Shown here: positions 15,908 to 33,912 of the stretch, piece after piece | Position numbering within the stretch: position 1 is the first letter of the stretch | How the letters are laid out: each line of letters begins with the position of its first letter | Source of the DNA: the human T2T-CHM13v2.0 reference genome, Homo sapiens | DNA: 64,000 nucleotides | Direction: 5' to 3' (one strand) | Assembly: GCF_009914755.1 (NCBI RefSeq) | Contig: NC_060926.1 | Notes under the pieces: generated by a model | Told to the model about the DNA's origin: nothing | Database searches by the model: none | Seen by the model: only the letters and a program-made list of their open reading frames with translations | Position numbers and translations under genes: made by a program

Positions 15908-16599
15908 TAAGAAAAATGTGTGAAAAAAATTTGTGCGATGATGGCCGAAGTGTTGACATTTACCTCAGTATAGTAAAAGCTTATACAAACTGATAACTGC
16001 CATTTATTAGTAAGCTCCTTTTATGTTTCAAATGCTGCCCTAGGCATTTTATTCATGTTAAAATTTTAACAGTCATTTTATAACTAATTGAGATACAAAA
16101 GGTCAATGTTTTATCCCCAGATTTTGGTTCATACCTCTACTAAACAGCAGAGCTGGGATTTAAACTGGTGTCTGATAAGAGATGGTCTTAATCCTTAAAG
16201 CATGCTGCCTTTCAAGCAAGTTAAAGGCTAAAACACTGGCCAAGTGAACAGCCAGATCAGATAGTGGCTAAATAAAGTAAATGTAAATAAAACAATGGGG
16301 GGTGCTATTAGAGATTTTAACAAGTAGTAATGCTTAATGCAAGTAGGGTTGCATTGAGATGCATAAGGCAAGACGATCTCATATACTGCTGGTAGGGCCT
16401 TTCTGGGAAAGAGTTTGGTCCCGTATATAGCCAGGTTGTTAAGATACTCATGTAAACCAGGAAAAAAATAAAATTCCTTTTTCATTCTTACTACAAGTGA
16501 TCTTCGGTGTCTTAAAAAATCTAGCTGTTTTATTGATTGTGGTGGTGATTGCTTAACTCTGAATATACTGAAAATTATTGGATTTTATGCTTCAAAATA

Positions 16600-16879
16600 C
16601 TTTTTTTGAGACAAAGTCTCACTGTCACCGAGGCTGTGAGTGCATTAGTGTCATCATAGCTCACTGTAGCCTCAAACGTCAGGGCTCAAGTAATCGTCCC
16701 TCCTCAGCCTCTCAAGTAGCTAGGACTACAGACGAGCACCTGCACACCTAATTTTTAAATTTCTTGTAGACACGGGGTCTTGCTATGTTGCCCAGCCTAG
16801 TCTTGAACTGGCCTTAGGCAATTCTCCTGCCTAGGCCTCCCAAAGTGCTGGGATTATGATGTGAGCCACCATGCCCAGC
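16600..16879 (-). mobile_element. Alu (AluJ-like)
   Basis: Diverged dimer. Confidence 0.85.
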
Positions 16880-17153
16880 TGAATTGTATGCTGAATTGTA
16901 TGATGTGTGAATTTTATCTCAATAAAGCTAATATTTAAAACATCTAGCTATTTTAGCTATTGAGTGGAGAAGAAAATAGTTAGCTTTTTCGAACTTCGTG
17001 TTGTTAAAAATGTTCCAACAAGTCCAGTTTATCCTGCACTGATTTTATTGGTACACCCCATTTAATGGAGTATCCTAAATCTACAGAAAGTAGAATTAGT
17101 TCTAAGACTGTCTTAGTGAGTGGTCAAAGGAGAGAGAGCTGAGAGCTTGGTGA

Positions 17154-17467
<314 letters not shown>

Positions 17468-20195
17468 GAAATTATCTCTTAACAGGAGAACTCAGTTTCA
17501 GGTTTATCAGTCAGTTTTAAGACCCCTTACTTGGGTTTTAGGAAACATCTTCTACCTCATCTTTGTTTAAAACTAATGTGTGCCTACAGACATAATCTGT
17601 TATTTTCAGTTGTATCCCACCTTGTGAGGAGTACATGAAGATGGCCCTTGCTGTCTAGGGTCATGTATGTAAATGCATTTATTGTTAATTTTCAAATATA
17701 GGGGTGCATGAATCAGGGTAAAATCGCTCAAAGATTCAGTAGGGAGAAAAAACTCGTGTTTAGATTCTTGCCGCTGGGGGAATGAGATCAGTTAGATCAG
17801 CCTGTTCTGATTATTCAGCAATGAGAGCAGGATGGGATAAATGATGATGATAATGAAGTGTGTGCCTGTAGGAGAAATGGCAACTAGTTGCCCACCTGGC
17901 CTGGGTCAGTGTGGTTAGTGGGAGGTTGAAAAGTTATTTATTTCATGACATAGGCATAATCCCCAATAAATCTTGAGAATTGTAGATATTTACTGATTTG
18001 AAGTATTAAATACTGCCAAGAGAGACTTCTTTACGTTATCACTGACAATTAAAAAAAATTTTAAATATGGAATTTTTTTCAACCAGGACTAACAAATATT
18101 TATGTGCAGGTTACCCTGTTGCACCCTACTTTAAGTAGAGGGTGCTCTGTCTTTGCTAGATTGAGAAATGGACATGCACAGGAAAGTTGACTAGTCATAG
18201 GGGAGTCAAAATAGTCACAGATTAGTAGGGGTGACCAAGTGTCCTGACTTCCCAGACAGCACACATTTATGCCTGTTGTCCTGATGTATTTATTCATCGT
18301 GCCCCCCTTCATTCTCCAATTTGCCCTAGTTTGGATGATAAATTGTCATCTGACCATTCAGCAGTTGCAAGACTAGCTGTTTTTTGACCCCCTCCTCTCA
18401 TTTTTTTGGTGTTAAAGATGTAAGGCTGTCGTATCAGGTCCTCGGATGTCCCCCCACATACCCCCAAGGTAGTTTGATTCTCAGGTGTTGCTTCTGGAGC
18501 TGTAGCATTCCTTCCTTGAAACTAAAAGGGTTTTCAGTAGATTGCCTTGACTTTTCTTCCTTCTCAATGAGAGCTATATGCTGTTAGCACTTCTGGCTCT
18601 AAAGTATTCGACTTTGTTTGAAAGGAGATTCTAAATGTAAACACTGTTTTTGCCCAGATTCTCTCTTCCTTCACTCTCCCATAAGTAGCTTCTCAGGAAC
18701 TATTGAAAGAGAAATTGGGGAGTTGCAGATTTTAAATGGTTGTTACTGGATGCCTTATAACTCTAAAAAAGGACTGTTTAAGGAGACAGTGTAGCAGTAT
18801 TCCTATACTTACATATTTATATAATGTTTAATTCTTTATTTTCCATATCCCTTCCAAGTTTTAGAGCAAATGTTTCCAAGGGAAATACCAGGAGTTTCAC
18901 AAGATCGTTTTGGGAGTTGAGTTTAGGATAGCCAGGGGAAAAATTACATTTAATTTGCATTTGCTTATATAATCTTGAACTTTGTTCTCAATTTGTGAAA
19001 ATAGACATACTGTTTTTACACTTTAATTTTTTTCTTTGTTTCTTCCCCTGTTAATGACACATTTCAGATATCCATCCCCAAAAGTAGATATGCAGAGTAT
19101 ATGGAAGAATAAGACATTGCCACTCGCAGCCCGCACTAGGCCAGTTTGGCCCTCTAAAAGGTGAAGAGGAGAAAGATCTGACCCCTGCCCTTAGAGGTGG
19201 CCCCTTGTATTAATTGGAACTCATTTTTTCCAACAAAACAGAGATTTAGTAAAATTTTATTTTGGGGAAAAGGAAGAGGTGCATCTGGGTCTCAAAAGCT
19301 GGAACCAAGAATACAGGCACTTTTAAGACTGTCTGTTTCCTACTGCATTTCCTTGCTTATTCGCCCCTTGATCTCTGTGCAGACTAGTTTTTTCCACCTG
19401 ATAGAAAATCTAGCCACCTGCATTTCCTAAATATGTATCATGGAACTTCAGCCTTTGGATAGACTGACTTCCTGTTCAGTGTCTAGCTTGCCCCTCCCTA
19501 ACCTCTCGGTTAGGTTGTTGAGGCCAGCAGGGATGTGGTCAGGTAAGGCCATAGTACCACCCACTGGAGCTATGTGAGTGGTATGTGTGAGTGGGGGAGT
19601 TGCCAGAAAGAAATGGTTCTGGGGGTGATATAGAATGACCCTATGACCCTTCCGAGGATTGGTGGAGTCTGTCGTCTTCCCCTCTCATTTGTTTAGGTGT
19701 CCAAAATCAAACATCCATAGACTTCTTGGTTATTTGACCCAGACCACATCTTCATTCCTGTTATTTTGTCCTTTAGTCCTCATGTTAGTCTTAAATGTAG
19801 GCCCTGCTTTAGGGCTTTTGGCCACAGGTATCATGAAGGCCTGAGGGAGTCTAAAGAGCTGGCCCACAGGATCCCAGAGGCATTCCACCCCTGACGAAGG
19901 AGTCACTGCACTTACATTCTCTCAACTGTGGAGGGAGGAACTGGAATATGTGCCCCACCCGGGTGGAACACTGTTCTGCATTATTAGTCTGCTGGTCTAA
20001 ACCACCAATATTTGGTGGCGGTGGTGGGGTTGTGTTTTCTGTTGAATCATAGGAAAGCATCAAGTGACCAATACTTGTTGATTGGGTAGCATTTTGGCTT
20101 ATCTCATCGGCTTGTTTTTCATTTACATTGTGCTCTTTGCTGGTCGCCTGCCCTGATACCCCTTGAATTCTTGTTGTTTTCCTTAATTTCCTTAG

Positions 20196-20932
<737 letters not shown>

Positions 20933-23900
20933 TAGACTTTAATATCTGTAATGGCTTGCATGTAATAGGGGCTTGAAAAGTATGTTGAGAAACTTGGAAG
21001 TATTTTCATTCATCTTTACTTACCAGAAAGGAGAACGACACCAACTAAGCAGTTATTGCACACTGCATAGGGGCTCTTTGAGAGATGGAAGAGTTATGCC
21101 GACCATCTCTCATGTTCACATGGGCTGGTATGCTGTTACTCATGGATAGAAAGTATTTGACTCTCAAGAAAAATGGTGGAAGTCTCCTCTTTTGCTGCAC
21201 ATTGTACATGTTGATGGCTTTACCACATTTTCTCTGTTTGACTTAATGTAGTAATCTCTTCCCAGACAGGATGTCCCTGTAACATTGTTACCTATTTCTA
21301 CAGCAGTGAGAATATTGACATGCTAGATCTTACAGTATTTAACAAATTTAGCATGGTGGTAAGGATAAAAGCTACACCCTCGTGCTAAAATTAGATTTTT
21401 TCATGTCCTTTGCCTGTCATTTTAGGGAAATGGAGAAAATTAGGGATATGTTTCCTTCTCTCTTTTTTTCTTCTCCCCTTCTGTCTCATCTTCCACGTTA
21501 CCCCAGAGAGTTAGATAAAAAGCAATGGAAAAAGTGGAGAGATGAAATTATTCTCAGGACAAGGTTAGTATCAAATGCATGTCTTTTACACTAGCTACAC
21601 ATTTGGCTTTGAGTTTTGAGTAGCCAGAACAAAGAAAGAAAGAGCAAATCCAAGACAGTTTATGAGATAAAAAGAAAGCCAACCACTTAGGAGAAGCATA
21701 ATTTTCTGTAATCGAGACCCTGTGGATCCTTTATTAATGCGAGCTCTGGGTCCTTAATATACTTCTCAAATCGTGGTCAGGAGGAGGGGAAGGAGGGGAG
21801 TCAAAAAATCTCAAAAACTTGACCCTTCTCTGATCTCAACAGTGTCTGTAAAAATGAAGTACCTGAGTTCAAGTTTAAGGTATCTTAGTACAAGACGTAA
21901 AAGACATAGTATTAGGCCAGAGTGCAGTTTAATTAAATCATTTTTCTGATGCTCTGGAGCTGTGGAAGTGGCCCTTTATAATGATTCATGCTGCCAACCT
22001 TTTAATTAAAATTGAGTACCAGAGAGGTCCAAGGTTAGAGTGTCTGGTAGCTGCTCTGGCTTTAACAGTTGGCTCGAATGGCAACCAACACTAATATCTG
22101 CCTTTCAAAACTTAACCAGGACTTGATTTCAAATCTAGTTACATAAGTTGACTTGGAGTCCAGGTTAGTGTTTTCCTCAGAAACTAGTTCTGCACCCAAC
22201 ATGCAGACATTTTTAATAGACACAGTTTTAAAGTAATTTTTAGAAAAAATTTTTTAAATTGATGACACTGAAACCCAATATGTAAAACTGATAAGAGTGA
22301 GGTGTTTGGGCTGAAGAGAAGATAGACCCTCACCTGCTGCAGATCTTAGAATGGGCTTAAAAGCCACTATCAGAATCATGGCTACTGTCATTTTAGTTTG
22401 ACAAAACTTCAGTGCCTGGATTGCTGTTCTCCCACTGTTATGGAACAAGCTCACCCTGTCTCCCCGCTACCCTCTCAGGACACCTGCAGAAAATCTAATT
22501 TTAAACAATATAACTTCCTTTTCAAGCCACTATGAGTCTGAGAGATTGGCCGTATGGTTAACAATAACCCCAGCATTTGGGGAGATAGAAAAATCCAAAG
22601 GATAGATTTTTGAGGCCTGCACGAAAATGATCATCTCTGTTTGTTAGAGATTACAGAGCGCTGTCACGAATATTTTGTTTAGTCCTCACATTAACTTGTG
22701 TTAGTAATATTCTTCTGCCAAAATAGTAAAGGAAAAATAAAATGCCATGTTCAAAATTTTTGTAGAGGAAAATAAGTTTTTAATGTAAGTAAATGTATCC
22801 ATTGTACCTCTTCCTGAATGGTTTTAGGCCTCTCACTAAAACTTAAATTTTTATGTTCCCTTGGATATAAGATGCTTTTGTTGTGCATTTTAGATACTGC
22901 TTTGAGATTAAAAAGCAAGTTTTCCAGTTTGACTATATTATGATGTCAACACTTACCTGGAAAGCACCACTCCATAAAGTGTGGAATGTTCTTTGAGCAA
23001 TAAAAGAAGGTATGTGGTTATTCTGTAAACAGCACTTGGGTTTTTCACCTTCTGCCTGCTTTTTCACCCGATACTTTATTACCCATCAGAGCTTGACGAA
23101 ATTACAAAGTCATTTTTCTCGCCTTATCATGCTTCAGACTGTTGCATAAAGTCTTCCAGTGAAACATTTTCTGACCCTTATCCAAATTTTTCATTCTACA
23201 CAACGCAGTTCAAGAAACGTCTCCGCTGAAGTCTGGGACCTTCAGCACACAGTGCCCTGTCTGTACCTATTAGTCTTCCATGGATTTAAGTCTTCTGTAT
23301 TTGTGCCTTTCTCCCCAGCTGTATTCTAAGTCCTGAAACACCTAGCGAATATGTACCACTTATCATTCATGCCATTTAGTTCTCATCTTTTGGTTTATGA
23401 GCTGAGTTTAGGCTGTATGATTGGGAACTTTTTTCCTCCAAAAACACAAGCAAGAGCTTTTATATTTGATCATACCAGTCAGTTGGCAAATGAGGTTTGG
23501 TTACTTCCTCTGAAGTTCAGTGTTGTTTAGCCTCATTATTTCATCAGGATCAAGGCTTCATATGCCAGTTAGTGTGTTGATGTGGAGGAGTGGAGTGGAA
23601 AGAATATGTTGATTGGTTAGGAAAATTCTCAGCAGAAATTATCCTTGGGTAGAATGTTCTATGTGATCATCTACAGGGCTGTGTACTTGTGCATTCTGTG
23701 ACTCTAAATACTGCTGCTGGAAAAAGTCTGTTTACACTAAATACCACCATACGACAGCCTTTGAGCAGTTTAAAAAGAAACCTTCCAATCTCCTACTATG
23801 GTGGTTTAGCTCAGGCTGGTTTTGTGGCATGTTTGTGCTTTTGTGGGCATTTGGCCAGAACAGAAATAGCAATGCTTAGACCTTGAAGGAGAGTGATTTT

Positions 23901-24582
23901 CCAGGTTTACATCTGATGCTGTAGAAATAAGTTTAAGGTTATAAATTTTGCAAATAAAACTTTTTTTCAGAATAGTTATTCATTGGAATGACTAAAAGGA
24001 AAAACTAAAAATCATTTCACCACTCTCAGGTATGACTTTAGAACCATAGCATTTCCAATCTACCTTAATTCTTTGACACAAAAATAATTTTATGGAAGGC
24101 CTTTTCCCCATACTTGAACTTTCAAGTTTTCTCATTTGTTTAGGTATTCTTTTAAAGGAATTATCTCTATAAAAGAGCAGGATTCACTGTTTGCTTTTCT
24201 TATTTACCGAAATGTGGGTGAGGCTGTGATGTTTGCCCATGATCATATGGACTATGTTTACACAGCCTTGTAGCAAGTGAGAGTAAATTTAACCAGAAGG
24301 AAAATAGATATTTTTAAAATGTGGACATTGATTAACCTTTTGTATTTTAAAATACAGTGCTAATTTGTCTAGAAATAGCTGAAGTTCCCGTTTTCTGAAA
24401 CTAGTTCTAAAGATATGATAATTTAACTCTTAATTTGTTAGGGTATCTGTGAATAAATCATTGTAGGTAAAACTAAAGATGGCAGATCTGTATTGATAAA
24501 AGACCTTTAACATATTCAGAGAAATCAGTCATGTATTACAGATGTTTCTAAATAAATAATGCTTTGTAATATGAAACTATAA

Positions 24583-24887
<305 letters not shown>

Positions 24888-25574
24888 TGAAGTCTTAAAT
24901 CATGATAAAGTCTTTGTGCTTTGCCGTAATTGGAGAAGTTCAGCATTGTGAATATGGTTGCTATCATTAGTATAAAAGAGCTATTCAGATTGATTTTAAA
25001 TCTTCTACTAACTGCAAGTTCGATCTTATCAGTGGGTTATAAAATCCCCTTAGTGGGTTATGACTAGTATTTACAAGGAAGGGAAGGAGTAGGGCTAGGA
25101 TAGAACAAAATAGAATAAAGAATGTCAGTATAATTTTACATAGTAAGTATAAGTGCTATTTGGTGACTCTTGTTTTCTTTTTATGAATATGTGTGCATCA
25201 TGGGTCATGAGGTCAAAGTAGTCTGTACGCCACCAGTGATACTATAATGCAGTTAGGTGGCCTGGTGGCCTCGTGGTTATTTAATGACTGTACACAAAAT
25301 ACAGATTGAAGAGAGGCTTTATTGGAAAGCTCCAGTACTCTCTTCCCTGACCTATTCATACTTTTAATAGGAAGTAAAGGAAAACCTGTGTGACTTGCTA
25401 ATCAGATTTGTAGTTGACAGGAATCTGGTAGGGGAAGCTGATGTATACTGGATAACAGCATTAAGATCCAAGTAAAAAAATTTAAATGCCATACTACATA
25501 CTGAGTCTAAATCAGAAGGAATTGAATAGGAATAATTGTTCAGTCCTGCTGGCACGTCCCAAAATGCAGTAATA

Positions 25575-25917
25575 CAGCAGACCCCAACCTTTTTGGCATG
25601 AGGGACCAGTTTCGTGGAAGACAGTTTTTCCACGGACTAGGGCTGGTGGGACATGCAGGGCAGGGGATGGTTTCAGGATGAAACTGTGCCACCTCAGACC
25701 ATCAAGCATTAGGTTCTCATAAGGAGTGGACAACCTAGATCCCTCGAATGCACAGTTCGCAATAGGGTTCACGCTCCTGTGAGATCCAGTGCTGCTGCTG
25801 ATCTGACAGTAGGCAGAGCTCAGGCAGTAATGCTCTCTCACCCACTGCTCACCTCCTCTGTTACTAGCAGGTCACTGGACCCGTACCACTCCACAGCCCG
25901 GGGGCTGGGGACCCCTG
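25575..25917 (+). mobile_element. MER1B-like hAT/Charlie non-autonomous DNA transposon, complete
   Basis: Termini cagcagaccccaacc... and ...gggctggggacccctg; 8-bp TSD cagtaata/cagtagta. Confidence 0.85.
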
Positions 25918-26594
25918 CAGTAGTATACAATGGTTGAAGATGGGGCTTCCTATGCAACATGTACAAAAGACTTGGGTCAATTAAATTGCTCAGTAGAAAG
26001 TGTTTTAGCTGTGTGGTGTGACTATTAAAACTTAACATAATTTAAGATCACATTTATGAAATATATGGAAAGGTAGTCTGCCTGGTTAGCTGACACATGG
26101 GGAGTATGGGATCCAGTTTGGAGCACCACACTCTGAGAGGAGCAGTGACAAATAGGAATGCCTGGAGAATAATTCAGGCGGTCCCCTGATTAATTCCCCC
26201 AAGGTTTATCTCCCTCTGACAAAACCACAGCTGGATAAATTTTATAGGAATTTGGTTGCTGACTATGGTAATTGTGGTGCAGATTCAATGTGAATATATG
26301 GTTCTCATTCCCAGACACCACACAGGTTAGTGTGGAGATGGTTATTTACATATTAACATGTCTTATTAGACTGTTGAAAATGCTTTCAGCTCTTTCTTCA
26401 TGACATCTCTTTCATTTTATCCCAATCCTGGATGCCTCCATGCTTAAGACACAAAGATACAGGTCTACTTCAGAATATTCCTACCTGATACCCATGGAAA
26501 TGGTTGCTCAGATTTGATACTTCGTCAGTTTACTTCTAGTATTTGCCCCTGGCTTGGCTTGGACTGGGATAAGGTCTAGGAATGGGAATTTATT

Positions 26595-26720
26595 TTCTCC
26601 TTTTTCTTGAAAGATGGAGTCTCACTTTTTTTGCCTAGGCTGGTCTCTAATTCCTAGCCTCAAGCAGTCCTCCTGCCTCAGCCTCCTGAGTAGCTGGGAT
26701 TACAGGCACCCATGCCCAAC
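26595..26720 (-). mobile_element. FLAM/Alu monomer
   Basis: Monomer; TSD tctaggaatgggaattt. Confidence 0.82.
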
Positions 26721-27210
26721 TCTAGGAATGGGAATTTGATCACATCGTAAGTTGGAATCCAATTCTAAAGGCACGTGTATACATTCAGTTTTTAAAATAT
26801 CCTCAAATCTTAGAGCTATAATTTTGAACAATATATCAAATTTAAATAAGTTTATGTAATGTTATACTTATTCAACGTGTATTTAGATATAGTTACCATA
26901 TAAAGAATATATTATGCTTCCCCCAAAATAACTTAGTTGCTGGCTAACTGGAGAAAAGTCACAAATTCTTACAGTGGATTTGTTGATTTATTTTTTTGTC
27001 TATAACTAAGCAGTGCTATAATGAAAGCAGCCATCCTTTCTCAAACTGGATAGTAGTGAGATTCATTAAATGAGATGCTACTAGAATGGCTTATTTCAGA
27101 AAGATACCATTGCTTGACCATAAATGTTAGATATCTATAAATATGAAATTTTGGATTCATACTCAGCATGCAGTTCCAAGCCTAGCAGGAAATCCAAAAT
27201 TCCTAAATAA

Positions 27211-27557
<347 letters not shown>

Positions 27558-28972
27558 AATAAATCTTGTAAGAAAATGAAAACTTCTTATATTAAGTGAC
27601 AAAGTTGAAATGCAAATGGCAAACTAGGAGAACATATTTGCAAAAAAAAAAAAAAAAAAATCTAAACAGCCAAAGGGATAATGTTCATAATTATTCGATA
27701 TCCTACAAGTCAATAAGAAAAGGACTCCAAAGCCAGCTGGCTAATGGGCAATAGAGATGTACAATTTCAGTAAGAAAATACAAATGGAAGTATGTTCATT
27801 GTCATTAATGATTGGCAATTCAAATTAAAATAATTGATCAGAGGGGTGGAAAGAAGAGGAAGGCAAGAAGACAGCATTTTTAATCTGGCAAATCGGAAAG
27901 GTTAATAGGTCCTAGTGTTGATTAGCTGGCAAAAAATGGCTGCCTTCATGGACTTTTGATTCAAGACTGTGTAAATTGGCCTAAGTTTTTGGTATGAGTT
28001 AAGAATCTTTGTGTTTTGACTCTCAGACTGCCTTATCAGAGTCACTCAGAATCTTCCTTGGCTGCATTTTCCTCTCATATGTGGTATACATAACTGCACA
28101 GAACATCGTGTGGTCTCTTTGTGGCCGGGTCAGCCATTTGTTTAGCCGTTCCTTATGAATAGCTTTCTAAGGTGGGCAGGAGAGGTCTAATTACCTCAAG
28201 TTTTATAAAGATGAGGAAACTGGCATTAAAGCTCATTGACTGTCCTAGTTCTGGTTAGTAGAGAAGAAGACAAGGAGTTGCAGTTTCTTTCCCTTCACTC
28301 ACTCTATATGACTTCCACAGACAACTAGGCTGGAACTCTACGACAAAGTAAGGCCGGCTATGTCTGCACAGAAAGGAAGGGAGAGATAGAGTAACTCATT
28401 AAAAATAAGACCCCCAAAGACGAGTCTTTTTGCTGAAATAGTTAAAAAGCAATCTGTGCATTGGAAAAATGCTGTGATGACCCCCTACTGACTCCAGAAA
28501 GAGTTGTGTTAGTCTGACAGTTTCAAGTGTGAAGAAAATACGTATTTACTTTTATAATTAATCTAAAGGACATTATTAAAGATAGTTTTGTGTGGAGTTA
28601 TTGATAAAAATATTGAAAGTTTTGCCAAGCTACATTAATATAGAAAATTTAAACATAAGGATGTAGACCTTAATTTTTAAACTTGACTTTATTTATGATG
28701 TTATTAAGCTAATTTAGAACTTGATATTCAGTCATAACTAGAAGAAACTCATTTAGAAGAGTACTCGCTTTGATGGCAGCTTGTTTCAGTACTGAGCAAA
28801 CTACCTTTCTTGTAAACAACAAAAGACATTTGAAAACTGCTGATTGGGGCCAGTATTAAATTAGGGCAAAAAACAAATATTAATATAAAGAAAGAAACCT
28901 TTTGTCTGCAGAAATCAGGTAAGTATGTGTATGTGTGTGTATATATATGGTTATTAGAACTTAGAAGAATAA

Positions 28973-29673
<701 letters not shown>

Positions 29674-30651
29674 TCCAACCATATTTTGAAGTATATTCTC
29701 TAACTGTGTTTAGATGTTACAGTGGTTGTTTATACATGTCCTACCTTGTTCCAGAAAGAATTTAAGGGAGCTTGAAATAGTCTGTTGTGTTTATCATAAC
29801 TTTAGTTTTTGAAATCTATAACAACTGCATGGTACACTGAAATCACCACAGTAAAATTTGACAATAGTAGTATGAGTCTCTCAATAAGTATTTGAGGTTT
29901 AACATGAAGTTCCTGTTTGTAAAATTAACACATAGCTTTCTGCAAGAGCTGTTGCTACTTTGTAAAATGACTTTTCTCTAAAAAATCAGCTACTAAAGCA
30001 AAGCCCACTCTTTTCTCTAAGCAAATATATTTTGTTGCTCCAATGAAGAATGAACCTTAGCATTACAGCATATTTCATAAACATTCATAATTTGACATTT
30101 CTCATTTACTATAAAGAAAATTTTTAAGGATTAACAGAAAGCCTTTTTTAAGAGGAACATAAGTGTTTTTAAACAATACATTCACTAAGCCCATTTCATT
30201 AAGTACTCATTGTTTAATTCATTCATTCATTAAAGATAGGTTAGCATAAGAATTATTTAATACTTTAGATTACCAAAATGGAATTAATGGTCTACTTGAC
30301 ATATATAATAGGTATATCTAGTTTTAGGATCGTGGAGAATGTTCCGCTAACAATGGTCTACCTTTACCCTTGCCTCTCTATTCTGGAAAGGTTAAAAAAA
30401 TTTGAAGTCTTTGAAAAATCTTTTTTTGTAAGTGTTCTGAGAAAAATGTAGACATGTGCCTAAAGGAAGTTTGTTTTAGTTAAGATGCTATTTTCCCAAA
30501 GGATGATGAGTCCTCAGAGGAGCTCATGGTCCTCAGACCTATGCTTGCACTCCGGAGACTTGGTTGGGACTGGGAGGTACTCTCTATGCAGCATATATCT
30601 GAGATTTAATAGAAAAGGAACTTTATCAATGATGAGCAATAATCCTCTTAA

Positions 30652-31005
<354 letters not shown>

Positions 31006-32098
31006 AAAATCTTTAAATTAAAAAAAAAATTTTTTTAAGGATGGGGCATTCAGGGGTATCCTTTTCATGTTTATTTGACTCATAATCTTAGAAATTGCCC
31101 TTTGCCTATTTGGTCGGGATTTAACAAAGTCACTCAGCAAACATTTATTTGTGATTACTGTGTTTAAAATTACATTTTTATGTTTTATATTTTTTTGTAA
31201 TACTTGATTTATGTGTAAGATGACAGAACAAGTAAGTACAAAAAGTAGAATCTGGAATCAGAAGACTTGCCTTGAATCCTGACACCTACATTCAGTGTGT
31301 AATGTCACGGCTAGCCTTTTATGTGACTTTAAAGATATACAGGAATTAGTTACCATGGGAGCTAGAGAAAGGGTGCAGGGTGGTTTCATGGATGGAAAGT
31401 GTTCGCAGACATTGGGTTAGGGAGTACACATCACAGTATGTAACACACCTTAATCAATGACTCATTCCAGTTTAACACTGATAAAAACAGTCAATCCCAA
31501 AAAGCTGCGACGCTGCATAACAGGATGGCTCTATAAATAGTGTTGCACTCTTAGGAACCCAGATCAACCCTTTGAATATTCCATCTTGGGTATTACGTGA
31601 AGCCATCACACTTTAGTCACAATATTGCCAGGTTTATATTCATGGTATAAACAGTATTCAGACAGACAAATTAAGAGTTGCTCAGCAAAGGTGTGAGTCC
31701 AGCTTTGTGTGTAGCAATAGAGAAATTATAGGCACTTTGCTAGATTTCCTGCTCACTTACCCTCCAAGAGCATCTTGGTTCTGGCCTCTGGCTCCTTTCT
31801 GCATGGGTTTCAGGTGAAAATTTTCTAGTCAACTCTTGGTTATTTATGTATCATTTCTGTAGGATTTTTTTTGTTGGTGTGATTTTTGTTTTCAGAAATG
31901 TTCTTCAGTCCCACTTGGCAAATGTATCTGGGGTCTCATGCAAAGCAGCATGCCAAATGTTATAAGAATATAAAATGACTGTTAATATACAACTTTGCTA
32001 TCAAGAGGCCTCCAGATTAGTTGGGAGTGATACATACATACATAATAACACATTATAATCAAGATTTTAAAAATCTTACGGGTATAAGGAGGGTCTTA

Positions 32099-32329
<231 letters not shown>

Positions 32330-33605
32330 CTAGAGATGGGCAGCATTTTGACAAGTAGAGGAGTGAGGGCATTTCTGAGGAGGGGTTACCCCCATTGGCA
32401 TTGCTGTAGTTTCCAAAAATTATTTCACGGAGAGAAGGGGAGAGGAGCACTATGAACCACTTGTTGATGGCATTGCCCATGGAACTGTTTCCTCTGTAGA
32501 TATTCTTCCTCTTACCTGCCATCAACAAGGTGAGTTTAATTGAATTACAGTGGACAAAATGAAAACACATGTAGATTGGAACAGTTAAGTAAGAGAGCTT
32601 TGAGACTCTGTAGAAGGAAAAGGTAGTGTTTATGTCTGAAACATGGATTACAGTGGTCACAGTGGTCATTTTGCAGTTATGCATAAATCTAACTTTTAAC
32701 TTGCTGGCAAATAAGGGGGAAAATTAGCGCAAAATATAATGGATTATATAGTTCACCTTCCAGTGATTTGAGACATACCAGTTCTTCAAATAGAAACTTT
32801 TGCCATATTACTATGTTTTAAATTATGAAATATATAAGTGTATACACATAGGCTGTAGTGTAATGAATTTCCAGCTTCAACAGTTAATACTTTGCTAGCT
32901 ATTTCATCTGTCCCCCACCTTGTTCTCTGAGAGAGGTGGAACTAAAGTATTTTAAAGGAAATCCCATATCACTCATACTTCCACATGTATGTCTAACTGA
33001 TCAGGATATTTTTTACATACGTCATAATACCTAACAGAATTAACAGTAATTCCTTGTCATACCCAGTATATAATTTCCCTTGATTGCCAAAATATCTTTT
33101 TTTCAGTTGTTTATTTGAATCAGGATCCAGAGAGGGCCCATGCATTGTATTTGACTATATGAGGCTCTTATTATTTAAGTCTCTGCTGTCTTTTTTTTTT
33201 TTCCTTTTTCTTATGTTGTTTGGTTTTTTGGAGAAGCCTGACATCTGTCCTGTGAAGTGTCCATTTTCTGGGTTTGATTTACTGCTTCCCTATGGTGATG
33301 TTAAACTTGTTCCTCCCTCTTGTTGCCTGTAGACCAACCGCTAGATCTAGAAGCTTGATTTGATTCAGAATTGTAGTTGGGCGGGGTGGGCAAGGGAGAG
33401 TCAAATTTTGATAGATGATGCTTTGTACTTCCTATTGTGTTGTATCATGAGTCACACTGGTGTGTGGTTGTCCTAATAGATTAGTGTTGTCCATGTAGTT
33501 AGCCTGCGTATCCTCTATGAAATTCCCCATCAGCCTTTCACCTAATGGTTAAGGCCATTGGTGATTGTTGCCTAGTTCCATTATTTCATTAAGAATTACA
33601 AAATG

Positions 33606-33895
33606 GGTTGGGTGCGGTGGCTCATGCCTGTAATCCCAGCACTTTGGGAGACCAAGGCGGGTCAATCACTTGAGGCCAGGAGTTCGAGACCAGCCTGGCC
33701 AGCATGGTGAAACCCCATCTCTACTAAAAATACAAAAATTAGCTGGCAGTGGTGGCACCCACCTGTAGTCCCAGCTACATAGGGAGGCTGAGGCACAAGA
33801 ATGGTTTGAACCTGGGAGGCAGAGTTTGCAGTGAGCTGAGATCATGCCACTGCACTCCAGCCTGGGCAATAGAGTGAGATTCTATTTCCAAAAAG

Positions 33896-33912
<17 letters not shown>
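33606..33912 (+). mobile_element. Alu (AluS-like)
   Basis: Dimer; TSD acaaaatgg enclosing the (TA)n. Confidence 0.92.
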
